DNA of 63,475 nt, filler included, from Choristocarpus tenellus KU-1152 (GCA_964200185.2; 12 parts of 12 records of this genome joined end to end with filler, not necessarily neighbours in it); one strand, 5' to 3'; counted from the whole stretch's first letter, positions 49,734 through 62,294 are shown. Notes: a model not told the origin generated them from the letters alone. Made by a program: numbers and translations.

Positions 49734-51841
49734 AAGTGCGTTTCTGAATGCCAGAAGGTAACACTCCCCACACTATCGGTCAGCGCAGGTGCCACCAACC
49801 AGAGTGGACTGATCAACGTATAGACTTGTAAGAGGTTGCACGCAACAGTTACAGCATTCCACAACTCTAGATACTACAGTTTTGGAAAAAGTCTGAAATC
49901 CAGAGATTCGCGTATAAAACAACTATAGAAAGTTTTGTCGTAATAAAAGGGAAATAGAGAAATCCTCTCTTCTTGAGGTTGTTGCCCGTTTTTCGAGACA
50001 AGGATCAAGGTTGTGCTGCGTACGGTGATGATGCAAGGCGGCAGTTTTTCAATTTTCGTTTTGGCTTTTCACGAAAACGCCTTATTATGTGTTACATTCA
50101 TACACCTTCAAACAAAGTCACCACTTTTGAGAAGGTATGAATAAATCAAAAATAGGAAATATATCTTATATACGTAATCGTCTCCCATTCGTCATTGAAG
50201 TAGATAGAGGTCTACTAACAAAAAGTACCCAAGTACTACATATATCTACAAGAGATCCCTTCATCGTAGAAATCGAAGGATATCTAGAGGTTGGAGGAGA
50301 TTTGGAAAGATATTGTGAATAGTTGAAGCATTTTTTGGATAGAATCAAATCCAAAATGACACAAGAAAACAAAAAAGGATGTAGTATCTAGTCCTTGCCG
50401 GGCAAAGACGTCAGGTATGGACTTGACGGGCAAGAACCTCATCAGCTTCTCAGATGTCTTCAGTGTATGTAGTAACCCCTACACACACTACACGATACTT
50501 CGCAGAAGGCATGTCCTGTTGAGTCTACACCCCCACACATCAATTCCAAGGGCACAACACAATCGTAAACCTGTAAGCCTCCAGACAACGAACGGGGCGA
50601 AATGACTCAGCAGCCCGTATCATTATCTGACGGCATCATTGGTTGATGTGAAATGGGGATACACCAAGCCAAACCCAGATCGACGTTCCAGAAGAGCTCA
50701 CTTACTTCTTGGAGATCGCACCTGGTAAGGTCGCATTTGCCACCAGGAACGTGGGGACATGCTCAATTTGCAGTCTTGCTTTCAAGATGCACGTGGATGG
50801 ATTGAGTATTTCGCCAAAATTGATCGGTATAGCGTTAGGGGTTGCCTGGATCGTCATCGGGACACAACAGAGAAGGTGACGGAGTATTGGGATGATACAA
50901 GGACTAAGGTCGCCACCAAACAAAGCTGAAAATATAGTAAGAAGTTCATTCTTGCAAATAATAATGTTGCCTAAAATGCAGAGGGAAGAGTAACGGACCA
51001 GACCTATTGTCAATAGGTATATGGCAATTAGCACTCTTTTAACAGCGGTCACGATCACTTGTTGAAGAGATTCTTGAGAGCCGCGAAGAAAGACGTGATG
51101 CACACTGGCATTTTGCCATTGCTGGCAGTTGTGAAGGGGGTGAAAGAACATGCTCAGTGCAAGAGAACACAACCCAGCAACAAAGTACCACTTCCAGCAA
51201 AGCTTTGACTTCCCACCGTCAAAACAAGATCAGCTGGGAGAAGAAGACTATGGCATAGTCAATGTACCAGTCAAAGTCACTGCACACAGCTGGTGCAGCA
51301 CAAAGCATATATATTGTGTGTGCCGAGTACCATATCGGAATTGAATTGTGGACATGTACATATATATGCGTGTAACATTGAGGTGGAAGTGTGCTTTGTT
51401 TTGAAAATCGGAGCAGAAGATATTAGTACAAGTGATGTCCCACAAAGGTATAGATAAAAAAAAAACATTGTGGAATTAATGCTGGGTCCTTCAAGGAGTG
51501 AAAGGACTATATTGGCAGGTGCCCACTTCCTTGAACTTTGACCACAAGATTATAGTATATCAGGTATTGATTATAGTGATATGGCACGACCTTGAGCTCC
51601 ACCAGTTCTGCCTCCGATATTTCTCAGAATCGGTTGTGGTGAGGTTCACAGTGTCGCATAAAGAACCTGACATACAAGCAGGGGATTGACTTTATGCGAC
51701 AAGCACCCATCCCAAGTGTTGAGGATAGGCAACCAGCTCTCATGCCGTAGTTGCATGGTTTGGAAAGGGGTTCAACTGCCACACATACTGTCCTCTAGTT
51801 CGCCGAAGGTTGCAATGCATATGATTTAGTGAGTCCAAGCA

Positions 51842-52080
51842 AGCGAGAGGTACCCAGAGTTGAATTTTAAGGTTTGCGGCAAGTAGGTGCAAAATCGAGC
51901 TCTTTGTTTACAATAGCGTGTCGGATATTTTCCGAATTATGTCGAAATCTTTCAAACAATAGAGAAATAAACCCTCTCGAGTCAAACTTAGCACTTCATC
52001 CATCGAAATATGGGTGAATTGCAAAAGATTGAAAAACTGGCTTGAAATGCAAAACGGCTCCAAACCGGGTACCTCTTGTT
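51842..52080. mobile_element. Possible old MITE with short TIR (GAGAGGTACCC / GGGTACCTCTT)
   Basis: Imperfect inverted ends ~240 bp apart; TSD not clear. Confidence 0.4.
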
Positions 52081-52289
52081 TACTTCAGCTTAGTGGCAGC
52101 AAGATATGTTCGATGTCTGAGGGTGTTAGGACCCACCTTCCTCAAGAACTGTCTTTCCCGAAAGATACACGCTCGTAAAAGGCAGGGGCGTTGAAACTCA
52201 TCCTTTAAAAAAAATCATTTTTTCCTCTCCTCTCCCTCACTCCATAAAATGATCTCTTCTCCCTCTTATTACATGCATTGTGCTGCTCT

Positions 52290-52518
52290 GAGTGAAAGTA
52301 TCTTAGAGGGTAGGAGCTTTGCCCTTCTTGTCCATTTGGGGCTGGGGCTGGGGCACTTCCAACGGGTTCTTTATGACATTTCACCGACTCGAAAATGTTT
52401 CGGGAGTAGGTAAAATGTGTATGTTATGAAAAGGTGTGTCTGGAACAAGGATATTGACACTTCCTAACAAACATCATAGCCAAAATTACGCCAATATTCA
52501 ACATAGGATACTTTGACT
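52290..52518 (+). mobile_element. MITE family A with a deletion near the right TIR
   Basis: Left TIR intact; ends gatactttgact. Confidence 0.85.
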
Positions 52519-54231
52519 GTCTGCTGTCTTGTTCCTCTGCACTGCACTCTTGTCTTTAACATTGAGTAATGGGTCACACATAGCAACAGTCATTGCCCAT
52601 TGGTCAACAAGTATGAGGAAGGGGACTTTGAATGTACTCCATTATGTAAGCTGATGCTTGAATTTCTGCAGCTAGTATATACTCAGCTAGTTGTCTGTAC
52701 AGAGATCCCCAGTGAAAGTGCACTATGTGCTGCTGACATGTGTACAGGACAAGAATTTGCAGCAGGACTGCAGCAGGACCTTGATCCATGAAAAGGGTTG
52801 GTACACCCAAGGCCCTGAGGCCTCTCATAGAGTTCTACAGCATGAAGCGGTCTTCCGTCCTTTTGTAAAAACGATATTTCAAGGAGTAGAAGGTTCAGGT
52901 TTCTACAAGGAGACAAGGAGGGACAGACGTCTTGATCACTCAACTATATTAAAAGAACATTTTCAGCACCTTCCTCTCGGACAGGAAGATGATTCAACCA
53001 GAAGCACTGTAAAAAAATTAGCCACAGCATACATGTACCTACAAGTATTAACATCTCAACTCTCCATTACTAAAAAAAAAAACTGTGGTCTAAAGGTGCA
53101 TGATTGCAATCAATTGTACTTCAAAACAGATTGATCCATCTCCATCAAACTACGCACATTGACTGCTTTCACATGTGCACCATCAGACATGAACAGGGGG
53201 GGTCACTTCCTGTGGTGTAACACGCTGGCTAACAAAACATATCCAACACAAAATGAGTTCTGCTACTACAATAGCGTAAACAGAGGCAGGTGTCTGCTGA
53301 CCTTTGCTCACCTCATGGTGGGCACCCTGGTTGCAACAAGACTGTCTATGCTGATCTATAATATCTGCAGCAGAAACCTGACTATATGGGACACAAAACC
53401 TTCCTCCTTGATCAGAATAAGCTCCTGCTCTTCTCCGTCACCGTTGGGCATGGAACCCAATTGCAATAATTGCAATTGGGGAAGACGAGTATTGGCATTG
53501 TTCACATCCCTGTAGAGCATGGTGCAGACATCGGAACAGGACCACAGGGGATAGGGTCAGAAAGTTGGAGATCAATCAATACCAATGGGTTCCATGTCCG
53601 GTGCCATCAACTGCAAAGAAATGCAGCATCACACACACATACACACACGTACACATGTACACATGTATTACTTTCAATAAGAAACGTACATTCAGAACAG
53701 GGCTGGAGTGAATGGGAAAAGAGATTGGGGGATGCGGTCTCACTGCATGCCCGCATTGAGATCACCTTGTTCATGACAAACAGATTACACCAAACAAATG
53801 TCCAGTCAAAGAGGAACTAGTCCATAGGATGTGTCAACAAAAGATCTCCAACGCTACAAAAATGGAGGTTTTTCTCACATCAGCAAAAGCAGATGAAGAC
53901 TGGCAAGGAGGTATTCGCCTCAAAAGAGAGAGAGAGAGAGAGGGAGGGAGGGAGAGGTATGACCCGACTTCCATCACGGCAGGGTCATCACCCAATGGAT
54001 TAAACTCTTTACAACTTTGTCTTCCACGAATACATATGCAAACAACTCAAAATGAAAAGGCTTCACGCTCCACTCTCCACACTTGGTGCTTCCATGCAGC
54101 AAACATAAAACACTACACATGCACACACACCAACTGAGCTTGGTTCCATGCGACCACTGCAGGCCCTCCCCCCGAATGAAAAAGAACAAAAAACACCCAT
54201 TGCATTACTCGGTCTGATTCCCTCGTCCTAT

Positions 54232-54256
54232 AACCCTAACCCTAACCCTAACCCTA
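54232..54256 (-). repeat. Interstitial telomere-like (CCCTAA)4
   Basis: aaccctaaccctaaccctaacccta; shorter arrays near 55067 and 57687. Confidence 0.75.
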
Positions 54257-54427
54257 TGTGATCATCATAAAATTCAACTCTCGGAACAGGAGCAGGAAAC
54301 ACTTGGAAAAAAACCCTAAAAAACCCAACGCACACAAAGGAGGAAAAAAAAAAGAGCACTTCAACACCATCTCGGTTCAATCAGGTCAAGAACCTCCTAT
54401 TCCTTTTCCACCCCTTGTCTTTCTCAC

Positions 54428-56173
54428 ATCACTCGAAGCATCTCTAGAGCCCTCCTCAAACGCTCTTCCTCTTGCGGATGCGTGCTGGTGATCCTCCTCA
54501 GCGTTGCTACTGGCCAGAGGATGACTCGGGCAGTCCGACTCACAGCGTGAGTGAACTTCCCTCTGCCCAACTGCTGCAAATCCCCCCCCCCCCCCCCCCC
54601 AAAAAAACCAGCAGGGGGGGATTTCCCCGTCCAGGGCCCCCNNNNNNNNNNGCGCTCCGCCCACCACCTGATTTGAACCCCCCCGGCCCCAACGCTCCAA
54701 AACCCCCCCCCCCCCCCAATAAAAAGATACAGGAGTGGGCAGTTTCCAAGTCCAGTGGCCCAGTGATGGATTATATATATTTGTGGGAGGTTAGTTGATT
54801 TGATCAGCAACCAGTTAGCACAAGAGAGGACAAATGGTAGCGCCGCAAAATAGTGCATGGGGTGAGGGGAAGGCGTAGGGGGGGGGGGGGGGGGGGGGGG
54901 GGGGGGTACATTGGATTACACTTGTTTTTTTCTTCCCGGGGGGGGGGGGGGGGGGGGGGGGCATGTTACATTTGATTACACTTGATTTCTTCCTCCACTG
55001 TCCAGCAAAATAATTTCCCCTTTTAAAACATAATGGAGAATAGATATCTTGGCAACACATGTTATCTTAGGGTTAGGGCTAAGGGGCGATCTCAGATAAC
55101 GACCGACTTAATTGCAATGCAAAAGTCGGGGTGGGTGGGAGGTGGAAGGAACTGAAGGTGCCTGTTTTGGTATGGGGATAGTTTAAAAACCTATTTTATA
55201 GAAACCCACCTTATTCTCACGAGGGGGGTCGAAAAATTGCAGTCCCTCTTCCACCTCGAAGCCAGCCTTGAGGGCAAGCAGGACTCCAATACAATCCGCC
55301 TCGTGTTCATCACGCCTGTCAAGGTGAAAATGGGAGGGGAAAAAAGATGCAACAGTGTGTCCTGTGAGTGAGACATCAATGAAAACACTAACAGCACACA
55401 GCCCCCACACAGGGTAAGCATCTTAATACTTATTATTAAAGTAGTGGTTACACTTATAATACCTTTTATTTAAAAGTAGACACTCGCCCTGGAAATCAAA
55501 ATAACAAAAAAAATAAATCACGGGTGAACAAGCATCTCAACTTCCGGTAGTGGACGTGGAAAATCATGAAACAGAGCAAACACAAATAGTAATGCCTCTT
55601 CTGCGAAGTGGGAACTCCACCGGATTTCGGTTCAAGCAGTGTGCTGTGATTGATCTCCTTGGGAAGCGGGGGGCGTAGTTTTTGATGAGAGTAGGTATTT
55701 GGTCTTCCTACAACAGGGGCTAAATAAACACACTGAACAGAGACCCGAGAGTGATCTTATGTTCAATAAAAAAAAAAAATTGAAATCATTCATACGGCAG
55801 AGCGCCGGGCATCATACTTCAGAGATACCTGTCTTGAAAAAGAAATGAGACTTGAGCGGCGAGCAAGCCATACTCAAGATCCCTGTTAAAGATCACACTA
55901 TTAAAGATCATTACACAAGATCGCTACCGAGAACCTGAATTCCATGACCTTGCCGAACGCCCAAAACACCTTGCCTGCTCCAGTGCATCAATGCCAGAAA
56001 CCCAGCAGTACGCAGCAAGGCAACGTGCTTGGAACACCATGCCACGCTTGATGTCAAGGCTCGCCTGGCCTGACTCGCCCAGACCAGCTGTGCCCCTGGA
56101 CGTCGATGCTGCTGCATCAAGAACTGGGGTATCCACGTTGCTGCAACTGCCGGAACAGCTACACTCATCCTCT
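54428..56173 (-). CDS. Peptidase family M48 (OMA1/Ste24-like), internal exons (56173-55975, 55315-55210, 54573-54428)
   Basis: Spliced: ALMHWSR|RDEHEADCIGVLLALKAGF...ITSTHPQEEERLRR = SRxxExEAD and STHP motifs; HEXXH exon lies outside the contig. Confidence 0.8.
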
Positions 56174-56381
56174 CTGGAGAGCGGGGGATCAAAAAGCAAG
56201 GTATTGTGTGAGCAGCACGGGAGGAGGGAGGATAAAAGAACTACACCATGTACAGCATGCGTGTGAGGAAGCGGGGAGGGGNNNNNNNNNNNNNNNNNNN
56301 NNNNNNNNNNNNNNNNNNNNNNNNNTTAATTAATTAANNNNNNNNNNNNNNNNNNNNNNNNNNNNNNNNNNNNNNNNNNNN

Positions 56382-56401
56382 CCCCCCAGATACTTTGACC
56401 C
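56382..56401 (+). mobile_element. TIR end of MITE family C at contig edge (also 59486-59503 and 59604-59645)
   Basis: ccccccagatactttgaccc / gggtcaaagtatctgggg, related to the family A TIR. Confidence 0.65.
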
Positions 56402-56556
56402 ATGTATCAAGAAGTGTCCCGAACTCACTCTTCACATTCCTTTTTTTTTTTTTTCCTTTCCAATGGTAGCAATCGACGAAAACGTTAGTAGTATGGCGGA
56501 GGGGGAAGAAACCTCATGAAGTGAAAGGAACATTTGCGAGACAGAATGGTGTCCTC

Positions 56557-56671
56557 CCTACAAGATTGCTATTTATATTGATCTTCCTACAAGATTGCTA
56601 TTTATATTGATCTTCCTACAAGATTGCTATTTAAATTGATCTTCCTACAAGATTGCTATTTATGTTGATCT
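56557..56671 (+). repeat. Minisatellite, 29-bp unit x4
   Basis: cctacaagattgctatttatattgatctt repeated head-to-tail without spacers. Confidence 0.9.
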
Positions 56672-57049
56672 CGTCTAGCCGTGGTTAAGCCTCATTGTAC
56701 GTGCAATCTCCACAAACAAACCAAAATTCCAACCTTGTTGTACAAACAACGAAATATCATTTGTAGTGGTTGTTTCCTCCGGGAAAATACGCTGCTTGAG
56801 ATGGAGCACAATAGTTTTATCTACACATCAGGATGGTTTGTATTTTCCAGTCGAACAGCGATGGCTGATGAGCCAATCAGTTTGACCACCAAGACGCTGA
56901 AAAACTACTGCACTCCTATTCCCCAATATAATGTCATATTTCGTGTTCTCTGAAATTGCGTGCAACTGCATACCTCATCGAACGACTTGACTGGCCATTC
57001 ACTCCCTATCCCCGCCTCTCACTCCTCTCCTGTCTCTTGACCTTCTCAG

Positions 57050-59176
57050 TCAGTCTACACAGAGGCCTTCCCACCTGTCCACAATTCCCCCGGTCGTCCC
57101 ATCCACGACCTTCATTTGGTCACCATCGCCAGCCGGGAGACGGTATGCGTGGCACGATTTGGACTCAATAGAGACTCGCCTGGTTCATTTTTTTTGTGTA
57201 AGGTAGACATCAGCCAAGGCTTGTTCCATTCCATTCCATTCCGTTCCATTCCATTCCATTCCTCAAAACTACCAAATAGTCATTAGGGTGTGACTGAAAT
57301 ATGTGCACACGACTCTGCACAGTTCCCCTCTGTCCTCCCTGAACCAACTCAGTTACTAATTTCTGTACTTACACCAAGTCGCTAATCTGCAACGCTCCCA
57401 ATACACGCTCAATCCGCTCTCCCTCCCCCATCTCACCTGTGCCCCTGAGTCCCTCAGTCAGAGCTGCTGCAGCTGCAGAAATCTTCCCTGAGTGGGGGAC
57501 ACACCCTCACTGTGCTGGGCCTTGGGGAGGCGTGGCGGGGGTTGGGGACGAAGTTGACAACGATGAGAGTTCACTTGGATGGGATCCAAGAGAACGATCT
57601 TGGTAAATGGACAATTATTCTATTGTCGCCGAGTTCCTCGAAGAAAAAAAATCCCGCTTGTTGAGAGTCAAACCAAATTGAGAGGTAGGGTTAGGGTTGC
57701 AGTTCAAGGATCCTGAGAAAAGGAAAAAAACATGCGACTTTTTTCCACAGTTTGTAGAAAGAATCTTTGGTGAGCTATGGTGTCACTCACTGTGTGGAAA
57801 GTCAGAATATCAATTTTACGTAGACTGTTGTGCAGATAAAGCAACAAGATAGAATGCATGTATTGCACAGGGTAACGAAGATGTCTTAGGGTGCCAAAAA
57901 GGGTCCAAACCTGCCTACATCTCAATTGGTTTGACTCTTGTGGCGATATGCAGTCAACAGCTGAGTAATGAAATTACTGTTTTCTTCTTCATTTTTTTTA
58001 TATCCTCCGCCCCTTGTCAACCAGCCACCTCCTAATGACCCATATCAATATTTTGATGGTATTTTTTCCTGCACAGAAAGGCATTGTGCTCTCCCCCTTA
58101 CGCTCCTGAGTTTGTGACCATTTGCCATTCCCCCACCACCCAACCAATAACAATGTTAAAACAACCGCCTTTCTTCCCCCCCTGCCCCCATTCCCCCCTG
58201 TTGGACCCAGTCGTCTTTGTGGACGCCTTCGACGTACTGTTCCTCCCCTCTCTACCCCTCCTACGCACGAGGTTTGATGCTGCCACCTCTGACATCATTT
58301 TCGGGGCGGAGCTCAACTGTGCACCCGACAGGGGCCTCGCCTCACTCTACCCCCATGAGTTGCAACACTCCAAGGCCTTTCTTAACTCTGGCACATACGT
58401 TGGGAGGGTGTCTGATGTCAGGTGTGTGGTATGGGGTATGGAAGGAGGAGGCAGGGAGATAGGGCAGGAGCAGGCAGATGCGGACAGGGGTGCTAGTTTT
58501 GTTTGGCATTTTCAGGCTGTACAGTTTCCATCAAGAAGTTTTTCTTGACACGGAAGGGCTAAGTATTGTCTCAAAGTGGAAAATGAGAGGTGAATTTTGT
58601 GGGAGGGAGGTAGATGGAGGAAGACATGATGAGCTGAGATGGCGGGATGGTTGGGTAAGTACATTTTGCGAAGTGAAGGGAATTCGGTGCTTGGAGGGAT
58701 TTGAGTGGGAGTTGCTAACTCTATGCATAGAGAGTATGTGCGATTTTGCTCCATGAGCCCCACTGCCTCTGTAGGCAAGGGAGGTGGAAAACAGGTTTCC
58801 CGAACATATTTTTGCAATGTGGATGGTCTGAACTCTCTGGAAGATGGTGTTGTTACTGATCAAGAGGCGCCTGATTTCGTCTTCAATCATGGGAACCACA
58901 TCAGTTGTCCTCCATCAAGGGGAAAAGAGTAGCTACCAGGGATCTCAACTCCAAGAAGATTGAAAACGATTAAAGCTCTTTCCGTGGTGCCATCATGTGG
59001 TCTTTCCCCTTCCCCCCCCTGCCATGATCAAGAGTACTAGTCCCTCACAGTATATCTCATGCAGCTTCCTGCAAGTCTCTTTACCCTTTCTCTGCATGAC
59101 CAGGGCAATGCTTGATGAAGTCATGATGGACCTGAAATTACATCACGGCATACCTGGGGGGGACGTCTTCCGCCAG
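57050..59176 (+). CDS. PLOD/LH3-type glycosyltransferase domain protein, internal exons (57050-57142, 57458-57602, 58211-58421, 59104-59176)
   Basis: LHLVTIAS..LTVLGLGEAWRGLGTKL..DL|VVFVDAFDV..IIFGAELNCAPD..FLNSGTYVGRVSDVR|AML; junctions in frame. Confidence 0.85.
57223..57262 (+). repeat. (TTCCA)n microsatellite in an intron
   Basis: ttccattccattccattccgttccattccattccattcc. Confidence 0.85.
57665..57937. mobile_element. MITE family D, GAG...CTC termini, in a glycosyltransferase intron
   Basis: TIR GAGTCAAACCAAATTGAGAGGTAGG / CCTACATCTCAATTGGTTTGACTC; flanks TTGA/TTGT. Confidence 0.75.
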
Positions 59177-59719
59177 GTGAGGGGACTAGGGCAACCCAAG
59201 ACCAGGTGTCTACTCTTTTCTTCCTAGAAATATCTAGTGGTTGAGTAAGGTGACACTAATAATCTAACAGCCAGTGTAAGTAGGGATTCAAGCACTCACT
59301 TCCAACCCAGAGGTTACTCCTGCGCGAAAAAATATCACTCCCATTTCACTCTCAGTATTCAAAAGGTGTTTGGGCTCTAGGTAGTCATTGCCTGTGCAAA
59401 AATACATACAATATGCGCCATGTATGCTATGATGTTAGTATGAGAATTGGTGCACACTCTGGAACGTTTGACATTAATCTTCTAAGGGTCAAAGTATCTG
59501 GGGNNNNNNNNNNNNNNNNNNNNNNNNNNNNNNNNNNNNNNNNNNNNTTAATTAATTAANNNNNNNNNNNNNNNNNNNNNNNNNNNNNNNNNNNNNNNNN
59601 NNNGCCACCCTGGAATAGGCCCCCCCCCCCCAGATACTTTGAGCCTCTGCTCCTACATTTAGACATAAAGGGGTTAGGGGTGCTGGTTCAGATTCATGTT
59701 ACATAATTCTTCCAGTTGA

Positions 59720-61300
59720 GGACGTGGCAACATATCTGGGATGTAATGAAATCTGCCAGGGTTATGAAGGACACTAAAATCAAAAACTTTGTAGAGCTAA
59801 AGCCCATCGAGTTAATAGATTGAACGTGTTTTGCATCGTATGCAGCCACCGTAAGGCTGAATGGTCACTAACTGTGAAATGTTCACACCACAAATATATG
59901 ATCTCAATGTTGGATTGCCAGAATAACTGCAAGGCACTCTTTTTGTGTAGCAGAATATTTCCTTTGGGAGGGGGAAAGTAAGACACTACGGTAGGTCATT
60001 ATATCAAAATTGCCATCATCAATTTTATGGGAAAAAAACATCTCTGTCCCAACATTACTGACTTCTGCATGGATAAAAAATCCTTAGAGAAAGCAAGGAA
60101 GTGTAGAACTGGAGCCATGGTTATAAAAGTTATTTGTACTTGTCAAAAGCAGTTTGCTGTGGTCGATTACATGTAGATGAGATATCACTTTTATCTTTTT
60201 TTTCTTTAGGGTGTGGTGTGATCTCTTTTTGAACCTCCCTTTTTGTATGGCGAATCCATTCAACTACTTGTTCTGTTGCTGTTGGTAGGTGAGGAATGTA
60301 CTTCCCAGCAAAGTTAGTAGAATAAAAAAAATATTGTCAGCCTTTCATAGTTTGAGGGGGATACACTTCTAAAATAGTTTCGATACGAGCTTGTGATGTA
60401 GCTATTCCTTGTGGACTAATATCGTGTCCCAAATAATGGATTTGGTTTGAGCCAAATTGAGCCTCGATTGCTTTAACGTAACCTCTACAGTTTGTAATGT
60501 TGACTGTACCGTAGTGGTTAACTGTTTATGATGTGTCCATGATGAAGAGACTGAAACAATATCGTCTAATTATACCTATAACCTAGGGCAAGGACTGATG
60601 GCGTAAACAGTTTCAGACATGAAGCGTTGGAGGATCCACGGTGCGTTTTGTACTCCAAATGGTAACCTCTGAAACTCATATTTCTCATCTGGTGTGATGA
60701 ATGCAGTTACTTGTCGTTCACATTCCTCAGTGATCTGTAGTTGCCAATAGCCTCATTGGATATTATCTAAACAAGAAAAATATTATGAACCCCCTATGGT
60801 GGATAAACATTCATCTATGGATGGCAAAGGTCATGAATTACGTATCAAATGTTTATTAAAGGTTCCTCTAAAACCCACACAGAACCGAGAAGATCCATCA
60901 GGCTTTACAAGGATGGTAACAGGGGATGCCCATGGGCTAGATGGGGGTTTTATAAGGTCCTGTTTTTCCATATCAGTTACACACTGACGAATAGTGTCGC
61001 GTTTTTTTATGCTGCGCGATTCGGTGGTCTAACCAGTTTAGTGCCTGTTTGTAGTGGAACGTCAACAGAGGTAGTGGTGAAACAACCTAATTCATTTTCA
61101 GATAACGAAAAGACTAGTCTGAATTTAGCAACGATATCTAGTAATTCGTCTTGTTCAGAATTCGTCAGTTGTGCATTTGCAAGCGCCTTCTCAGCGTAAA
61201 CCTTCTTCAAATCATCCCTGCCTTGTTTCAGTTCTTCGGGATTAGAGGGTGTGGCTGGAACTGCATTTGTGATAACATCGGAAAGGGAATATGCAAGTGA
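59720..61300 (-). mobile_element. Decayed Ty3/gypsy pol (RT and RNase H)
   Basis: SSPWASPVTILVKPDGSSRFCV; PLPSIDECL; TAFITPDEKYEFQRLPFGVQNAP; YLDD; SDHSALRWL..LTRWALALQSF; stops. Confidence 0.9.
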
Positions 61301-61337
61301 TAGTAATTTAAAGTGCGTCTTAAAAAGTAGAGATTAA

Positions 61338-62140
61338 GTGTGAGAGCCATCTTCCACAGAAGGTATACCCTGAAGGTGACCTATCTTGAACATTATGATA
61401 TTCATATGACATTTGTTCTTGCATGTTGAAGGTAACATCTGCTTGAAGTAAGATCGGGTGGTTTGGAGTGATCTTGCCAAATCCCCCCTCTTTCAGTTAT
61501 CACCTGAACACTCTATTCCTGAGTGATCTTCTGAGGGATTGCTCTCCCTTTTGACTTGTCTCTCTTTAATCTTGTCTCCTGTGGGTCTTCCCGCTCCCCT
61601 TCATTACAAAGAACCTGTCGGCTTGTTTCCATCTGCTTCACACAAATACTCTACTGATAATGATAATTTTATACATACAGGATTAAATCAACATGAACGA
61701 ATTCATGAATGCTAATTAGCGCAATTGTCATGTAATCTTTTTTTCTTTTGTTGGGAATATAGAATTTGGTCTATTGTCCTCTTATCTTTTAAAGAATGTT
61801 ACAATACTCATTTTAGTTTATTAATAACTTGTATCTGTGCAACAGATGGAACAAGCTGACAGGTTCGTCGTAATGAAGGGGAGCGGGAAGACCCACAGGA
61901 GGCAAGGAAAAGGAGAGAGACAAGTCAAGAGGGAAAGCAATCCCTCAGAATATCAGACGGGAAAGGAGTGAACAAGTGGTCAGTGAATGAGGGGAGTTTT
62001 GCAAGGCCCCCTCAAACTACCCGCTCTTACTTCAAGCAGATGTTACCTTCAACATGCAAGAACAAATGTTGTACGAATATCAGATTCTTCAAGATAGGTT
62101 ACCTTCAGGGTATACCTTCTTTGGAAGATGACTCTCACAC
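61338..62140. repeat. Long imperfect inverted repeat (arms ~61338-61649 and ~61831-62140)
   Basis: Arms are reverse complements over ~310 bp with many substitutions; ~180-bp AT-rich spacer. Confidence 0.9.
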
Positions 62141-62294
62141 AAAGCGAGTATTATTTAATCAGCTATAGTTGGAAAGTTTCAGTCTACGGATTTTTGACAA
62201 GGTTGTAGACTTTATCACTCCAAAGTGAAGAAATATTCTGTAAAAGTAGACCTTTGGTAGCAAAACACTATGGTTTTGCAAATTGACTATATTT

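Noticed and set aside
50390-53520. Scattered minus-strand exon-like segments
   Set aside because: Splice-like sites present but no consistent frame or recognisable product
53586-53612. DGTGHGTH as a subtilisin catalytic motif
   Set aside because: The in-phase next exon gives WDVNN, not the xAG of S8 proteases; no Asp or Ser motifs found; more likely a downstream exon of the M48 gene
54580-54990. Poly-G/poly-C tracts as G-quadruplex elements
   Set aside because: Next to an internal N gap (54642-54651) and typical of low-quality homopolymer sequence
56557-56671. 29-bp direct repeats as a CRISPR array
   Set aside because: Units are head-to-tail with no unique spacers; no cas genes; eukaryotic context
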